64,000 nucleotides of DNA from an uncultured Nitrospinota bacterium (GCA_963707985.1 CAVPRW010000032.1:128001-192000); one strand, 5' to 3'; positions 1 through 11,102 are shown, numbered from the stretch's first letter. Numbers and translations: made by a program. The notes: a model not told the origin generated them from the letters alone.

Positions 1-112
1 TGATCCCCAGGGCGTGCGCTGGACTCAGCAGCCCGATTTCGTCGCTGCTGCCTATCGCGATACTGCAAGCCATACCTGACCACCTCTAGGCCACAAACCC
101 TTGCCTTTTGCT

Positions 113-145
113 CCCTCTCCCTCTGGGAGAGGGCTGGGGTGAGGG
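113..145. repeat. REP-like palindromic element (CCCTCTCCC-N3-GGGAGAGGG..GGGTGAGGG)
   Basis: Hairpin motif recurring at 43406, 43459, 45511, 48171, 48233. Confidence 0.8.
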
Positions 146-244
146 AAGCTCAAGTGCTCGAGCAAGCCTGACGGGCGCCCAGCGCAAGGCAATCATCGAG
201 ATGGGGCACAGGTAAAGGTTGGGCAAAAATCTTGGAGATCAGCG

Positions 245-583
245 ATGGAAAAACCTAGGATTCGACATATTGCCCTAAACGTCCAAAACCGCGAGGAGCT
301 GGCTGAATACTACAAAAAAATCTTTGGCCTCGAGGAAAAATACCGCGGACCGAACGGCACGATTTACCTCTCCGACGGCTTCGTCGGCATCGCACTGATT
401 CACAGACCCGAGCTGCCTTGGGGCATCAATCACTTCGGTTTTGAAGTCGAAAACGTCAAAGCCATCGAGGAAGCCGCTCAAACCACATCACAGTCCAACA
501 TCTACGGGGCGGTGGCGGAGAATTGGATACGCGATATAGAAGGCAACAGGGTGGACATCACAGAACACGGCTGGCCGATCTGA
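245..583 (+). CDS. VOC/glyoxalase family protein
   Basis: IRHIAL...INHFGFEV...IRDIEGNRVDI motifs. Confidence 0.85.
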   Translation: MEKPRIRHIALNVQNREELAEYYKKIFGLEEKYRGPNGTIYLSDGFVGIALIHRPELPWGINHFGFEVENVKAIEEAAQTTSQSNIYGAVAENWIRDIEGNRVDITEHGWPI

Positions 584-657
584 GCCAGCACTTGAGAGAG
601 CAACCCACGAGAATGTGACGTGGAGGGAAGGTGTTTACTATGGCTCAGGGAGAATCA

Positions 658-1170
658 ATGAAAGTCAAAGTCTTCAACCGGCAAGGCCAGCTCGTCGGCC
701 CCATTGAGATGCCACGCGTGGTCAAGACCGACACGCAGTGGCGTCATCAACTCACACCCGAACAGTTTGAGATTGCTCGTGGCAAGGGCACTGAGCGACC
801 GTTCTGTGGCACCCTCCTGGACAATAAGCTCCACGGGGTATACGGCTGTGTCTGCTGCGGGCTGCCCCTGTTCTCCTCGGATGGCAAGTTCAACTCCGGA
901 ACCGGCTGGCCTAGCTTCTTCCAGCCCGTGGCCGAGGAGAACATCATCACGCATACAGATCGCAGCTATGGCATGATCCGTACGGAGATCATGTGCGCTC
1001 GCTGTGATGGCCATCTCGGCCATGTATTCGATGACGGGCCAGCCCCTACCGGGCTGCGATATTGCGTCAACTCCGAGTCGCTCGTCTTCACAGATGAGCA
1101 GGACCTGTCGAAGTTAGCCGACCCTGCTGCTGAAGCCGCAGGCAAGGAAGCATCCTCCGGTCGTTCCTAG
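658..1170 (+). CDS. msrB: peptide-methionine (R)-S-oxide reductase
   Basis: GTERPF, KFNSGTGWPSF, CxxCDGHLGHVFDDGP, RYCVNS motifs; start could be 631/640. Confidence 0.95.
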   Translation: MKVKVFNRQGQLVGPIEMPRVVKTDTQWRHQLTPEQFEIARGKGTERPFCGTLLDNKLHGVYGCVCCGLPLFSSDGKFNSGTGWPSFFQPVAEENIITHTDRSYGMIRTEIMCARCDGHLGHVFDDGPAPTGLRYCVNSESLVFTDEQDLSKLADPAAEAAGKEASSGRS

Positions 1171-1333
1171 CGGAGGGGCGGCGCCCAAAGGCCCATGTCC
1201 GATCAGGCTCGACAACGGTCATGGGCCGTCATTCTGGTCTTCCCGAGCGTGTGATGCTGTCTGAGGTGTCCCCGGAGCTTGAGCTTCGCATGGGAAGTGG
1301 GTTTGCCCCACACTCTTCTGCCAGCAAGCGACC

Positions 1334-2515
1334 CTATTCGTAGGAAACTTCTGCCTGCATGAAGGCTTCTTCGATCTCTTTGGCCATGGCATCGATGTCC
1401 GCACAAACGGCATAGCGCACGTAACCGGGGAAATGAACCCCAACGACCCCCGTTCGTTCAATCATCAGAAAATTGAAGTGCTCTGCGCTCTCGATCTTCT
1501 GGCCGAAGGCTCGAGTGGGGATGAGCCACAAGGTGAAGAAGCCGGCAGCGGGCTCCAGGGCGAGTCGCATCCCGTGGGGGGTTAACAATTCGACTAGCCG
1601 TCTGAGTCGTGCGCGGTACATCTCACGGTAGCGCGCAATACCGGCCTGATCATGCTCAAAGGCAGCCACCACGCCGACGGCCATCGGCGCCACGAAACCT
1701 GTATCAGTCTTACCCTTGACGATTTTGAGGTCGCCAATGAAGTCGGGCGAGCCGACCATCGCCCCGACATGCCAGCCAGTGCCGTTGCCGATCAGCTTGG
1801 CGGCGGTGAAAGCCTCAGCCCAGGACAACTCTGGGAAATCGGGGGCGATCTCCGCGAGGGTGACGCTATCGGAAGCATAGCTGAGGACCACATATGCCGC
1901 ATCGTTAAACAGACGGATGTGTCGGGCACTACAAACTTCGCAGACCTTCTGGAGCCACTCGCGGCTTGCCACCTGGCCCGACGGGTTGTGGGGATAGTTC
2001 ATCATGATCAGGTCGGTGCCCTGGGGAATTTCGTCGGGTGCAAAGCGAAACATATTGGCGGGATTCAGAGGCAGAGCACCATGAGTCACGAGCGGATGAT
2101 AGGCACACCAGTCGGCTGGAATGGGGTACCCAGGGCTGGTCATCGTTGCGACAGTGATACGCTGCTCGGCGCCGCCGCAGGCCAAGGGAACCAGACCCAG
2201 GATGGGCTTGATGCCCGGAATGGGGAGGTAATCCACCTCGTCACTAGGACAGGCTCGCCGCACATGGGCCTTAATAAACCGTGGCGCAAAATCGGGGACG
2301 CCTGGGCTCGCGTTATATTGATAGGCATGCATCGCTTCATCGTCGCTCATCACCGCGGCGGCCGCAGCCTGGCGGGCGCTGAGCAGCGCTGGCCCCTTGG
2401 GCTCACCGATGGACAGGTCGATGAGCTGTACGCCTCGCCCCTGGGCTTCAGCGCGTTTCGCTCGGATCGTTTGCAATACGTTCTCGCCGCCAGACCCCAA
2501 TCTCGATTGTCGCAT
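1334..2515 (-). CDS. PLP-dependent aminotransferase class I/II (LL-DAP aminotransferase-like)
   Basis: IDLSIGEP, NYPHNPSG, DAAY motifs, PLP lysine in TAAK. Confidence 0.85.
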   Translation of the reverse strand: MRQSRLGSGGENVLQTIRAKRAEAQGRGVQLIDLSIGEPKGPALLSARQAAAAAVMSDDEAMHAYQYNASPGVPDFAPRFIKAHVRRACPSDEVDYLPIPGIKPILGLVPLACGGAEQRITVATMTSPGYPIPADWCAYHPLVTHGALPLNPANMFRFAPDEIPQGTDLIMMNYPHNPSGQVASREWLQKVCEVCSARHIRLFNDAAYVVLSYASDSVTLAEIAPDFPELSWAEAFTAAKLIGNGTGWHVGAMVGSPDFIGDLKIVKGKTDTGFVAPMAVGVVAAFEHDQAGIARYREMYRARLRRLVELLTPHGMRLALEPAAGFFTLWLIPTRAFGQKIESAEHFNFLMIERTGVVGVHFPGYVRYAVCADIDAMAKEIEEAFMQAEVSYE

Positions 2516-2623
2516 ACACTACTCCCTTCCTACGCGCCAGCTCTGGCTGAAACCTGGTGCCTAATCATGAGGTTTCTTTGACACTCGGTGAGTAAGAAAA
2601 CGGCCTGCCGCGCTGCCATGGCC

Positions 2624-4390
2624 TCAAGCCATGCTGGCGGCTTGAAACAACCGTACACTGGCTTCGCCGTCAACGATGATTTCAAACAGAGTCGAGCGGT
2701 GCTGCCCTTGGGCCTCTTGATAGGTGGTGATGAAGGACTCCAGTGAGGATGGACACACGTATGGGAGGTGAAAATTCTCCGCAACCCCTTGAAAATGCCA
2801 GGGATGCGGGTTGCGTAGACGCTCGCCCACGTCAGCGAGATCAAAGAAGTGAAAAATGGCTCCACTCTGATTATTGATGACAATGACATATACTGGAATA
2901 CTCGCCCCGGCCACCAGTGCCAGAGCATTGAGGTCGTGAAGCAGTGCTTGATCCCCAATGAGCACCGTGCAAGGCGTATGGAGCCCCTCACCAAAGCCAA
3001 TTCCTGACGACAACACGCCATCAATGCCTGTAGCGCCGCGATTGGCACCGACATGGAGGGCTTTCTGGAGACTCGGTACGAAGTATTCCGCCTCACGGAA
3101 AATCAGGCTCGCCGACAAAAACACCGCCGAGTCGTGTTGAATATGCTGAAAAACCTCGTAGATCACGCGTCCTTCCGTGAGAGGTTTGGCGCTATGTGTG
3201 CCCAGGAGCTTGGCCAGCTGCTGAGGTGCGACCGACTCGCAGTCCGCCAGTGCGCGGGCGAGAGATCCCGGTTGTCGAGCCGGGAGAGCCGACGAGAGCT
3301 CTGCAGCCAGGGTTGATGGATTGCCCCACACCTTCATCGTCGGATAGATGAATTCATTCTCGATGGCGTCCTGTCGCAGTGGGTAGTCAGAACACAGGAT
3401 GAATTCTCCGCGTTGGACTTCGAGAAACTCCCGGACAGGCTCCGACACAATGCGATCGCCGAAGTAGAGCACAAGGTCTGTCGGGGGCAGGCGCGAGACC
3501 TCTCGGCGTAGATACAGATTGTAGAGCGCCAGAGCTGCGGCTTCTTGCCCGTCACAACGCAGGCCGGAGTTGATATCGGCGAAGAGTGGGGCCGCCAGGC
3601 GAGTCGCCAACGTCTGTAGCGCAGTCGGTTTACTGGTTGGCGCCAGAGGTCCAGCCACGCAGATAATGTTGCTCGCCGCAGTGATGCGGTCGACGATACG
3701 CTGGGTATCAGGCTCTGCAAGTCGGGGTTGCGGCAGCAGGTATTCGCAATAAGGTTGATCTCGCACCAGCCAACGGTCGAGCGCGGCCGCCTCTCCAGCA
3801 GGCAAGCTGTCCATGGTGAAAGTGTCATCGACGAACGGCTTGCGGTAGGCCATATTCAGATGCACCGGCCGCGCCGTACGCTGGGCCTCGAACACAGCTT
3901 GATCGAGGTCTGCAAGCAGGGCATGCAAAAAGAGCTGCCTTTCGGGAGCCGGGATTTCAAACGTCACCTGTGCAAAGGGAGCGAAGAGATCGCGCTGGGG
4001 CAGCGTTTGGTTGGCTTTCGCATAGTGAAGCTCAAACGGCCGGTCCGTGGTCAGCACCAGCAACGGCGTGCCGGCCAGCGACGCTTCGGCCACGGCCGGC
4101 AGATAGTTGGTTGCCGCTGTCCCCGAGGTGCACACGAGGCAGGGCAACATCCCACCCTTCGCGGCTCCTTGCGCCCAAAACGCGGCACTCCGCTCGTCAT
4201 TAAACAGTTTCATCTCGACCGCAGGATTATTTTCTAGCGCCAGCACGAGCGGGATTGCACGAGCACCTGGGGAGAGACAAAAGAGCTCCACACCACACCG
4301 GCGCAGCTCCTCGACCACGACGGTGGCGTGAAGGTGTGCAAGCCCCCTCGGGGCGAGTCTACTCAGATCCATCTTTTGGGTTGGCAGCAT
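2624..4390 (-). CDS. menD: SEPHCHC synthase (ThDP-dependent)
   Basis: SPGAR, DERSAAF, CTSGTA, TDRPFEL, NRGATGIDG, GDQALLHDLN motifs. Confidence 0.9.
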   Translation of the reverse strand: MLPTQKMDLSRLAPRGLAHLHATVVVEELRRCGVELFCLSPGARAIPLVLALENNPAVEMKLFNDERSAAFWAQGAAKGGMLPCLVCTSGTAATNYLPAVAEASLAGTPLLVLTTDRPFELHYAKANQTLPQRDLFAPFAQVTFEIPAPERQLFLHALLADLDQAVFEAQRTARPVHLNMAYRKPFVDDTFTMDSLPAGEAAALDRWLVRDQPYCEYLLPQPRLAEPDTQRIVDRITAASNIICVAGPLAPTSKPTALQTLATRLAAPLFADINSGLRCDGQEAAALALYNLYLRREVSRLPPTDLVLYFGDRIVSEPVREFLEVQRGEFILCSDYPLRQDAIENEFIYPTMKVWGNPSTLAAELSSALPARQPGSLARALADCESVAPQQLAKLLGTHSAKPLTEGRVIYEVFQHIQHDSAVFLSASLIFREAEYFVPSLQKALHVGANRGATGIDGVLSSGIGFGEGLHTPCTVLIGDQALLHDLNALALVAGASIPVYVIVINNQSGAIFHFFDLADVGERLRNPHPWHFQGVAENFHLPYVCPSSLESFITTYQEAQGQHRSTLFEIIVDGEASVRLFQAASMA

Positions 4391-4404
4391 GTCTCCTCAT
4401 ACTC

Positions 4405-5478
4405 TCAATCAGCTGCGGTGCGCAAACATGGCACAACTTCCTGCCCAAACAGCCGTATCGATTGCAAGACCGATTCCGGTGGGATACGGCCTCCGACATT
4501 CGACTCCATAATGAACCCCGACAGGCCAAAGTTTTCCTGCAGGATTTGCAATTGCTTCGCCACGTGTTCGGGTGTACCAAATACCACGCGCTCCCGCACC
4601 ACGTCATCATAAGTGAGGGTAGCGAGGCGATCAGCTCGCGTGGCCCGAACACCTCCGTCTGCAGCGCTAGCCGATCGCTGCAGCGCTTGGCGCAAACGGT
4701 TATAGTGGTGCATGGTACTGTCCATTGGCTCAGCGAGCGCCTTCTCCGTCGTGTGCGCAACATAGATGGGGAGACGCAGCACGACGTCCCCGTCGCCCGC
4801 ATGTCCGGCCTCACGCCAGGCGGTGCGATAGTCTTGCAGCACCAAATCGATATCTGACATGACTGCAGAGCCCACACCCGCAAAGATGGGGAGTCCCAGA
4901 CGTCCCATGACGGAAAAGGTCTCTCTGGTCGTGGCGGCGGCGCGTAGAGGCGGATGCGGGTGCTGAAATGGTTTGGGGATCAGGCACACGTCGCGGAACG
5001 TGTAGTACTTGCCGGTATAGGAAAAGCGTTCTTGGGTGAAGGCAAGCCGCATGACCTGTAGGAACTCCTCAAATCGGTCTCGGCTCTCGGCGTAGGGGAT
5101 ATCATAGCCATCGTAGGAGCGCGGGAAGCTACTGCGGCCGATGCCCAGGTCAACACGGCCCTGGCTGATGTTGTCCAACGTAGCAATCTCTTCCGCCATG
5201 CGCACCGGATGTCCAAGCGGGAGAACCAGCACCGCCGTGCCCACCCGTAGCCGACTGGTGCGCGCCGCAATGGCGGTCGCCCACACCACAGGGGCCGAGG
5301 CCACCGAGGGGATAGGGCCAGTTCCGCCTGGGGGCGCGAAATGCCGTTCCGCGAACCAGACACCATCAAAGCCCTCGGTTTCCGCCGCCTCTGCCAGGAT
5401 GAAGGCCTCATCGAACGCCTCACGTTGCGTCCGATCGTGGCGGTAGTCGCATTCCATCATCAATCCAAGGTGCATCAC
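4405..5478 (-). CDS. LLM class flavin-dependent oxidoreductase
   Basis: GFDGVWFAERHF, HPVRMAEEIATLD, GRVDLGIGRS. Confidence 0.92.
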   Translation of the reverse strand: MMHLGLMMECDYRHDRTQREAFDEAFILAEAAETEGFDGVWFAERHFAPPGGTGPIPSVASAPVVWATAIAARTSRLRVGTAVLVLPLGHPVRMAEEIATLDNISQGRVDLGIGRSSFPRSYDGYDIPYAESRDRFEEFLQVMRLAFTQERFSYTGKYYTFRDVCLIPKPFQHPHPPLRAAATTRETFSVMGRLGLPIFAGVGSAVMSDIDLVLQDYRTAWREAGHAGDGDVVLRLPIYVAHTTEKALAEPMDSTMHHYNRLRQALQRSASAADGGVRATRADRLATLTYDDVVRERVVFGTPEHVAKQLQILQENFGLSGFIMESNVGGRIPPESVLQSIRLFGQEVVPCLRTAAD

Positions 5479-5623
5479 TCTTCTCCCTTCGCTTGGTCAT
5501 ATGGGCATGGCTGGAGGCAGCCTCTCAGACCCAGGGGCTGCACTGTCGCCAGTCACCTGATAGGTCAATTACCTGCTTATATTAAGGCACAATTGCAGCC
5601 AGGGCAATCCTCCACATGCTACC

Positions 5624-5906
5624 TTACGGCTTGAGCCGCACCTCCTCGTACGGTCCGGACCATTGATATGGGATACTCAAGCCCTGGGCCGGCTCGGCCA
5701 CGCGTGGACCCACTCCCGTGAGCCCGGCGCTTTCGTATACGGGGACGAACATGACGGGCTCACGGACCAGAGGTTGCCACTGGTGGAGCCGTTCTCGACG
5801 GCGAGGGGGATTGCGCTCGCGGGCTTGGTTCTGAAACAGCTCATCAAGGTCGGGCTACCCCCCATAGGAAAACTCCCCCGAGTAGACGACGTAATTCGCT
5901 AAGCGC
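5624..5906 (-). pseudogene. C-terminal remnant of a family-5 ABC transporter substrate-binding protein
   Basis: Manual translation ...EFSYGG*PDLDELFQNQARE...GVGPRVAEP...WSGPYEEVRLKP*, with an internal TAG and no 5' part. Confidence 0.55.
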
Positions 5907-6502
5907 GCGCCGGCGCTGCTCAAATAGAAATAAGAAAGGCGTCGCTACCGTCCAAGACCGCTGCAGTATCGACAGCGGCGCTGCGTCCGAGCGAAAGAGC
6001 GCGGCACCGCCCACGTCTGGGGTTCTAATAGAAGGATGCACTGTAAACCCGCTCCTGCCTGACTGTCAAGACTGGAGACCCATTCTTGCCGGGGATGTCA
6101 CGCACATACCCGTGCAACCGCTGCCAGCTTCCGTTACGGCGACCTCTCAGCCTTGACAGACAAGGAATCTTCATGACATAGTGCACAAGCTCCTATGGAT
6201 TTGGAGCGCAGACGTCGGCGGTGCGATGATTACTACGTATAGATTCTTTAGGAGCTGACCTCTGGCTATGCTCTTGGTTAATGCCTGATATTGGATCTCG
6301 TGCAACGCTCCCCGATGAGCTCCGGCAAGATACTTCTAGATACACAATGACGCCCAAGAGCACTCGGCTGCTGTACTGGCTTATGCGACAGGTGCTGTGC
6401 TGCAGGCCTGATTCAGGCCTGCTGATCGACCACCCCATAGCAATGCTACCTCTCTGAGGCTCGGATTCTACCTGAGGCTCCCAGGCGGAGCAGGAGTGCA
6501 CA

Positions 6503-7438
6503 ATGGCCACCATCCCCCGTCCGTTACCCAATCATCTCAAAGCCTTTATCGCCGAGGTCGAGCAGGTGGTGGCGACCACTGAGGACCGCCGTGATACCAT
6601 CGCCCGACTTACACCAAGCTTTGCGACTTTGCTTGGCGATCAGACCTGGTTACACGCAGATTTTCGACTGCCCGTAGCGGAGAAGTTCGTGCAATATGCC
6701 ATTTACCGTGCCGAAGACGCCTCGCTATCGGTGATGGCCATGGTTGTTCCTCCGGGCGTGGCGACGCCTGTGCATGACCATCGTGCCTGGGGTCTGGTCG
6801 GGGTCTATCAAGGACGCCAACGCGAGAAAGTGTATCGGCGTGTTGACGATGGCTCGCGCTCAGACTTCGCGGATTTGCAGCAAGTGGCTGAAAATATTCT
6901 CACACCGGGCGATATCACCACGTTGGTCCCGCCCGAAGGGGATATCCACATGATCGAGACGATCTCGGACGAAGCCTCGATCTCGATCCACGTGTTGGGG
7001 AATGACATTGGCTGCGAACATCGCCATCGCTATGATGTAGAACATAAAGCCGTGCATCAGTTCAGGTCGGGCTACATCAATACCTCCTGTGTTACGTTCC
7101 GTTTGGCCCATCAGCACCTGATCGTCCCGGATGTCCAACAAACGGTCGGCTTCTATGAGCAAATATTCGGGGCCGCGAAGGTAGAGGAAGCTCGGGTCAA
7201 CGGCGTGCCCTTGGTCGTATTATATCTGGATAGCGGCGAGGTATGGGTGTCTGGTGAAATCATTCCAGGGTTGCAGACACACGTGGGATTTGCAGTCGAC
7301 GATTTCGACGGGGCGGTGGAGGAGCTCAAGATGCGCTGGGTCGAGTTCATCAGCGAACCACTGCACATCGGCAGGAGACATGTCATCTTCATCAAGGACC
7401 ACAATGGCCAGCATGTTGGGATTACCACCGATCGATGA
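6503..7438 (+). CDS. cysteine dioxygenase-family cupin fused to C-terminal VOC domain
   Basis: TPVHDHRAWG, GDIH, SIHVLG cupin motifs; then LAHQHL...THVGF...FIKDHNG. Confidence 0.8.
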   Translation: MATIPRPLPNHLKAFIAEVEQVVATTEDRRDTIARLTPSFATLLGDQTWLHADFRLPVAEKFVQYAIYRAEDASLSVMAMVVPPGVATPVHDHRAWGLVGVYQGRQREKVYRRVDDGSRSDFADLQQVAENILTPGDITTLVPPEGDIHMIETISDEASISIHVLGNDIGCEHRHRYDVEHKAVHQFRSGYINTSCVTFRLAHQHLIVPDVQQTVGFYEQIFGAAKVEEARVNGVPLVVLYLDSGEVWVSGEIIPGLQTHVGFAVDDFDGAVEELKMRWVEFISEPLHIGRRHVIFIKDHNGQHVGITTDR

Positions 7439-7591
7439 ATCCCAGCCCCGGTCCCCCCACATGCCGGCAGAGGGCTGAGATGAGCACAGAAAGGTTGGAG
7501 GATGGAGGTTGGTAAAGGGGCATAGCAGCGTAGCCCAGAGTGGTACCTTAGCACCTAGACAGCGTGACAGTGTCAGCCTTGCTTATGAGGG

Positions 7592-8377
7592 ATGTCCTCA
7601 ATGCAGAAGACTCAGTACGAGGTCGTTCGCAGAGAGTTCGGTCAGCAGGCCCCACACTTTGGAGAGCAAGGGTTAACGCTCGCCAACCAGGAGTATATCC
7701 AATGGATGGTCATGCATCTGGATCTGCAACCGCACTTCCAGGTGCTCGATGTTGCCGCCGGGACGGGGCATTTGAGTCGAGCCATCGCCCCCCACGTCCG
7801 GCGCGTCGTGGCCATGGATCTGACCCCCGAAATGCTGGCCCAGGGACACCGGGAAGCAGCACAGCAGGGGCTGATGAATGTGGTGTTCGAACCGGGTGAG
7901 GCGGAGCACCTGACCTATGGGAACGAAGCCTTTGACCTGGTCGTCACACGGTTTTCGCTGCATCACTTTACCGACGCCCTGGCTCCGATGCGGGAGATGG
8001 CCCGTGTATGCCGCCGCGGAGGGCGCGTGGTAGTGATCGATATGATTTCTCCCGATGATTCGGCCATAGCGCTAACGTACAACCGCTTAGAGCGCCTGCG
8101 CGACCCATCGCATGTGCGAGCTCTGGCCGCTGACGAGTTGCCGCGAGTGATGCGAGAGGCGGGGTTGGATATCGTGCATCGATCCTCCCGTGATGTCGAG
8201 GTTGACCTCGATCGCTGGCTCGATTTAACCCGCGCCGGGTCTGCGGCCCGAGAAACGATCCGCGAGGCGCTCATCCAGGACATCCAGGGCCTCAAGACCA
8301 CGGGTATGCGCCCCTATAGGCGCGACCAGGAACTAAAGTTCCTGCATGCCTGGCATATTGTTGTGGGCCTAAAGTAG
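7592..8377 (+). CDS. class I SAM-dependent methyltransferase (UbiE-like)
   Basis: VLDVAAGTG, FDLVVTRFSLHHF. Confidence 0.9.
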   Translation: MSSMQKTQYEVVRREFGQQAPHFGEQGLTLANQEYIQWMVMHLDLQPHFQVLDVAAGTGHLSRAIAPHVRRVVAMDLTPEMLAQGHREAAQQGLMNVVFEPGEAEHLTYGNEAFDLVVTRFSLHHFTDALAPMREMARVCRRGGRVVVIDMISPDDSAIALTYNRLERLRDPSHVRALAADELPRVMREAGLDIVHRSSRDVEVDLDRWLDLTRAGSAARETIREALIQDIQGLKTTGMRPYRRDQELKFLHAWHIVVGLK

Positions 8378-8422
8378 CGAACCATGTGCATACGACGCCG
8401 CAGCTGCGGCGGGAGGATTGCT

Positions 8423-9097
8423 ATGATCCAGACAATGCGTTTGGCCCTCCTCGTGTTTCTAGCGCTGGTGTCGCTGAGCATAAGTGGGCTGGCGCAGGCA
8501 CAACAAACCAGCATGACCTTCTTCGTCACCAGCGTCGGCCCTGGCAAGGGAGCGGACCTGGGAAGGCTCGATGGGGCAGATCGCCACTGTCAGGCGCTAG
8601 CGCAGGCGGTGGGCGCAGGTGACCGCACCTGGCGAGCCTACCTCAGCACGCAGGCCGTGGGCGAAGCCCAGGCCGTCAATGCACGTGATCGCATTGGGCG
8701 CGGCCCATGGCAGAACGCCAAAGGTGTCGTGATCGCCAAAGATGTCGACGAGCTGCACGGCACCAACAATCTCACTAAGCAGACAGCGCTTAACGAGAAG
8801 GGCGAGATGGTCAACGGCCGCGGCGACACGCCCAACCGGCATGACATCCTCACCGGCTCCACGCCGGATGGACGCGCCTTTCCTCCTGCCGAGGACCGCA
8901 CTTGCGGCAACTGGACCAAGAGTGGGCAAGGGGCGGCCATGGTCGGCCACCACGACCGCATGGGGACCAATGAGGAGCCACCAGCGAAGTCCTGGAATTC
9001 GTCGCATCCGTCGCGTGGGCCAGACGGCGGCTGCAGTCAGGCCGATCTACGCAGCACCGGCGGCGACGGGCTGTTGTACTGCTTTGCCGTAAACTAA
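8423..9097 (+). CDS. secreted lectin-like (C-type lectin/endostatin-like fold) protein
   Basis: Signal peptide; GADRHCQ, TWRAYLS, CGNW, LYCFA. Confidence 0.7.
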   Translation: MIQTMRLALLVFLALVSLSISGLAQAQQTSMTFFVTSVGPGKGADLGRLDGADRHCQALAQAVGAGDRTWRAYLSTQAVGEAQAVNARDRIGRGPWQNAKGVVIAKDVDELHGTNNLTKQTALNEKGEMVNGRGDTPNRHDILTGSTPDGRAFPPAEDRTCGNWTKSGQGAAMVGHHDRMGTNEEPPAKSWNSSHPSRGPDGGCSQADLRSTGGDGLLYCFAVN

Positions 9098-9422
9098 CGT
9101 GTTTCACCATGGACTTGATCGAACGTTTCCACCACGGCTGGTCGTCTGTCAGCCCGTGGCATCAGGGCTTTGAAGGCCGTCGCAGCTTGGAGACCAGATG
9201 ATCCTTAAGCCGCCGTCCAACGCATTGTAACCCCCCGGCACGCCGTGGAGCAGGCCCAGTGGTCCACCGCGCAGCACCTCCTGCTCCGCCACGCGTGCCT
9301 CCTGACGCCCAAGGAATTGTATTCCCCATGATTCCCGCTTATCCCGTCGCCCCTCTTGCGTTACCACGTGTTTCATGCTACAAATGCGCCGATGACCGAC
9401 GCGGTTTCCGAATGAGGTGTCT

Positions 9423-11102
9423 ATGCTCAACCCCTGGGTGGCTCATTATGAGCCGGGTGTCCCCCCGACCCTGGATTATCCCGCGGTGACCCTGCATGGG
9501 CTGCTGGAGCAGACCGCCGAACGCTATCCGAAGCGTCTTGCCACTATCTTCCTTGGGGCGAAACTCTCCTACCAGGCGTTGAATGAGGCAGCCAATCGTT
9601 TTGCCCATGCGCTCCTAAATCTTGGGCTGCAGCAGGGCGACCGGGTGGCCCTCATGCTGCCGAACTGCCCGCAGTTCCTCATCGCCTTCTATGGTGCATT
9701 GAAGGCCGGGGCCGTGGTCGCCGCGATGAATCCACTTTACACTCCGCGCGAGGTCGAATATCAGCTCAACGACGCCGAGGCGGAAACCTTGGTGACCCTG
9801 AGCAAGTTCTATCCGACCGTGGAGGCCGTCCGTCGTAAAACCGCACTGCGGCGGGTCATCGTCACCAATATCAAAGAGTACCTGCCAATGGCGCGGCGGA
9901 CACTTTTCGGGCTACTTAAAGAGCGCAAGGAAGGCCATCGAGTGAGCCTTCGTCGTGATGCTCACACCCATTGGTTTCAGGGTCTGCTAGCGGCACCGCG
10001 TACCTCAAGTACCCCGGGCATCGTCGTCGACCCGAGTACGACCGCCTTATTACAGTATACGGGGGGCACGACCGGCACCCCCAAGGGGGCGATGCTCACG
10101 CACAGTGGGCTGGTGGCTAATACGCTACAGATTCGATCCTGGTTGTCGGACTTCCAGGAGGGCGCAGAAACCATGCTCCTGGTCCTCCCACTCTTCCATG
10201 TTTTCGGCATGGGGGCGTGCATGAGCGTGATGGTCCAGGGTGCTGGGACGATGATTCTGCTGCCGCAATTTCGAACCCACGACGTGCTGCAGGCGCTCAG
10301 TAAATACCGTGCCACCCTGTTTCCAGGCGTGCCGAGCATGTATGTGGCCCTCAACAACTCCCCCGAGTTGCCGTCGGTTGATCTCACCTCCCTGCGTCAT
10401 TGCTTTAGCGGCGCGGCGCCATTGCCGCAGGAAGTGCAGGAGCGCTTCGAAGCCCACATTGGCGGCCGCTTGGTGGAGGGCTACGGCATGACCGAGGCGA
10501 ATGCCTGCATCATCACCCCGTTACGTGGCGCGCGCAAGCAGGGGAGCATCGGCGTACCCATCCCGGACGTTGAGGCGAGAATCGTCGACGTCGAGACGGG
10601 TAAGCGAACCTTGGCGCCGGGCGAGGTTGGCGAGCTGGTGGTCCGATGTCCGCAGCAACTACGCGGCTACTGGCGCAAAAGCGATGAGACCGCCGAGGTG
10701 TTGCGGGACGGGTGGATTTATACAGGTGATATCACCCGGATGGACGACGACGGATTTTTTTACATTGTGGACCGGAAGAAGGATATGATCCTGTCAGGAG
10801 GCTTCAACGTCTATCCCCGTGACGTCGAAGAGGTGCTCTACCTGCATCCAAAGGTCCGGGAGGCTTCGGTGATCGGCATTCCAGATGCCTTCCAGGGTGA
10901 GCGAGTCAAGGCCTTCGTGGTGCCACATGTAGGGGAGGCTCCCAGCGCCGACGAGATTATCGCATTCTGCCGTAAGCATCTGGTCGTCTATAAAGTGCCA
11001 ACACAGGTAGAATTTCGGGACAGCTTGCCTAAGACAATGATCGGGAAAGTGTTACGCCGGGTATTGATGGAGGAGGAGCGGCAAAGGACTGTGTCGTCAT
11101 GA
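9423..11102 (+). CDS. long-chain fatty acid--CoA ligase
   Basis: QYTGGTTGTPKG, EGYGMTE, YTGD, IVDRKKD, GKVLRR. Confidence 0.92.
   Translation: MLNPWVAHYEPGVPPTLDYPAVTLHGLLEQTAERYPKRLATIFLGAKLSYQALNEAANRFAHALLNLGLQQGDRVALMLPNCPQFLIAFYGALKAGAVVAAMNPLYTPREVEYQLNDAEAETLVTLSKFYPTVEAVRRKTALRRVIVTNIKEYLPMARRTLFGLLKERKEGHRVSLRRDAHTHWFQGLLAAPRTSSTPGIVVDPSTTALLQYTGGTTGTPKGAMLTHSGLVANTLQIRSWLSDFQEGAETMLLVLPLFHVFGMGACMSVMVQGAGTMILLPQFRTHDVLQALSKYRATLFPGVPSMYVALNNSPELPSVDLTSLRHCFSGAAPLPQEVQERFEAHIGGRLVEGYGMTEANACIITPLRGARKQGSIGVPIPDVEARIVDVETGKRTLAPGEVGELVVRCPQQLRGYWRKSDETAEVLRDGWIYTGDITRMDDDGFFYIVDRKKDMILSGGFNVYPRDVEEVLYLHPKVREASVIGIPDAFQGERVKAFVVPHVGEAPSADEIIAFCRKHLVVYKVPTQVEFRDSLPKTMIGKVLRRVLMEEERQRTVSS

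Noticed and set aside
1652..2581. Long antisense ORFs (also 20519-21484, 33722-34612, 58328-59197)
   Set aside because: Shadows of well-supported genes on the opposite strand in GC-rich DNA
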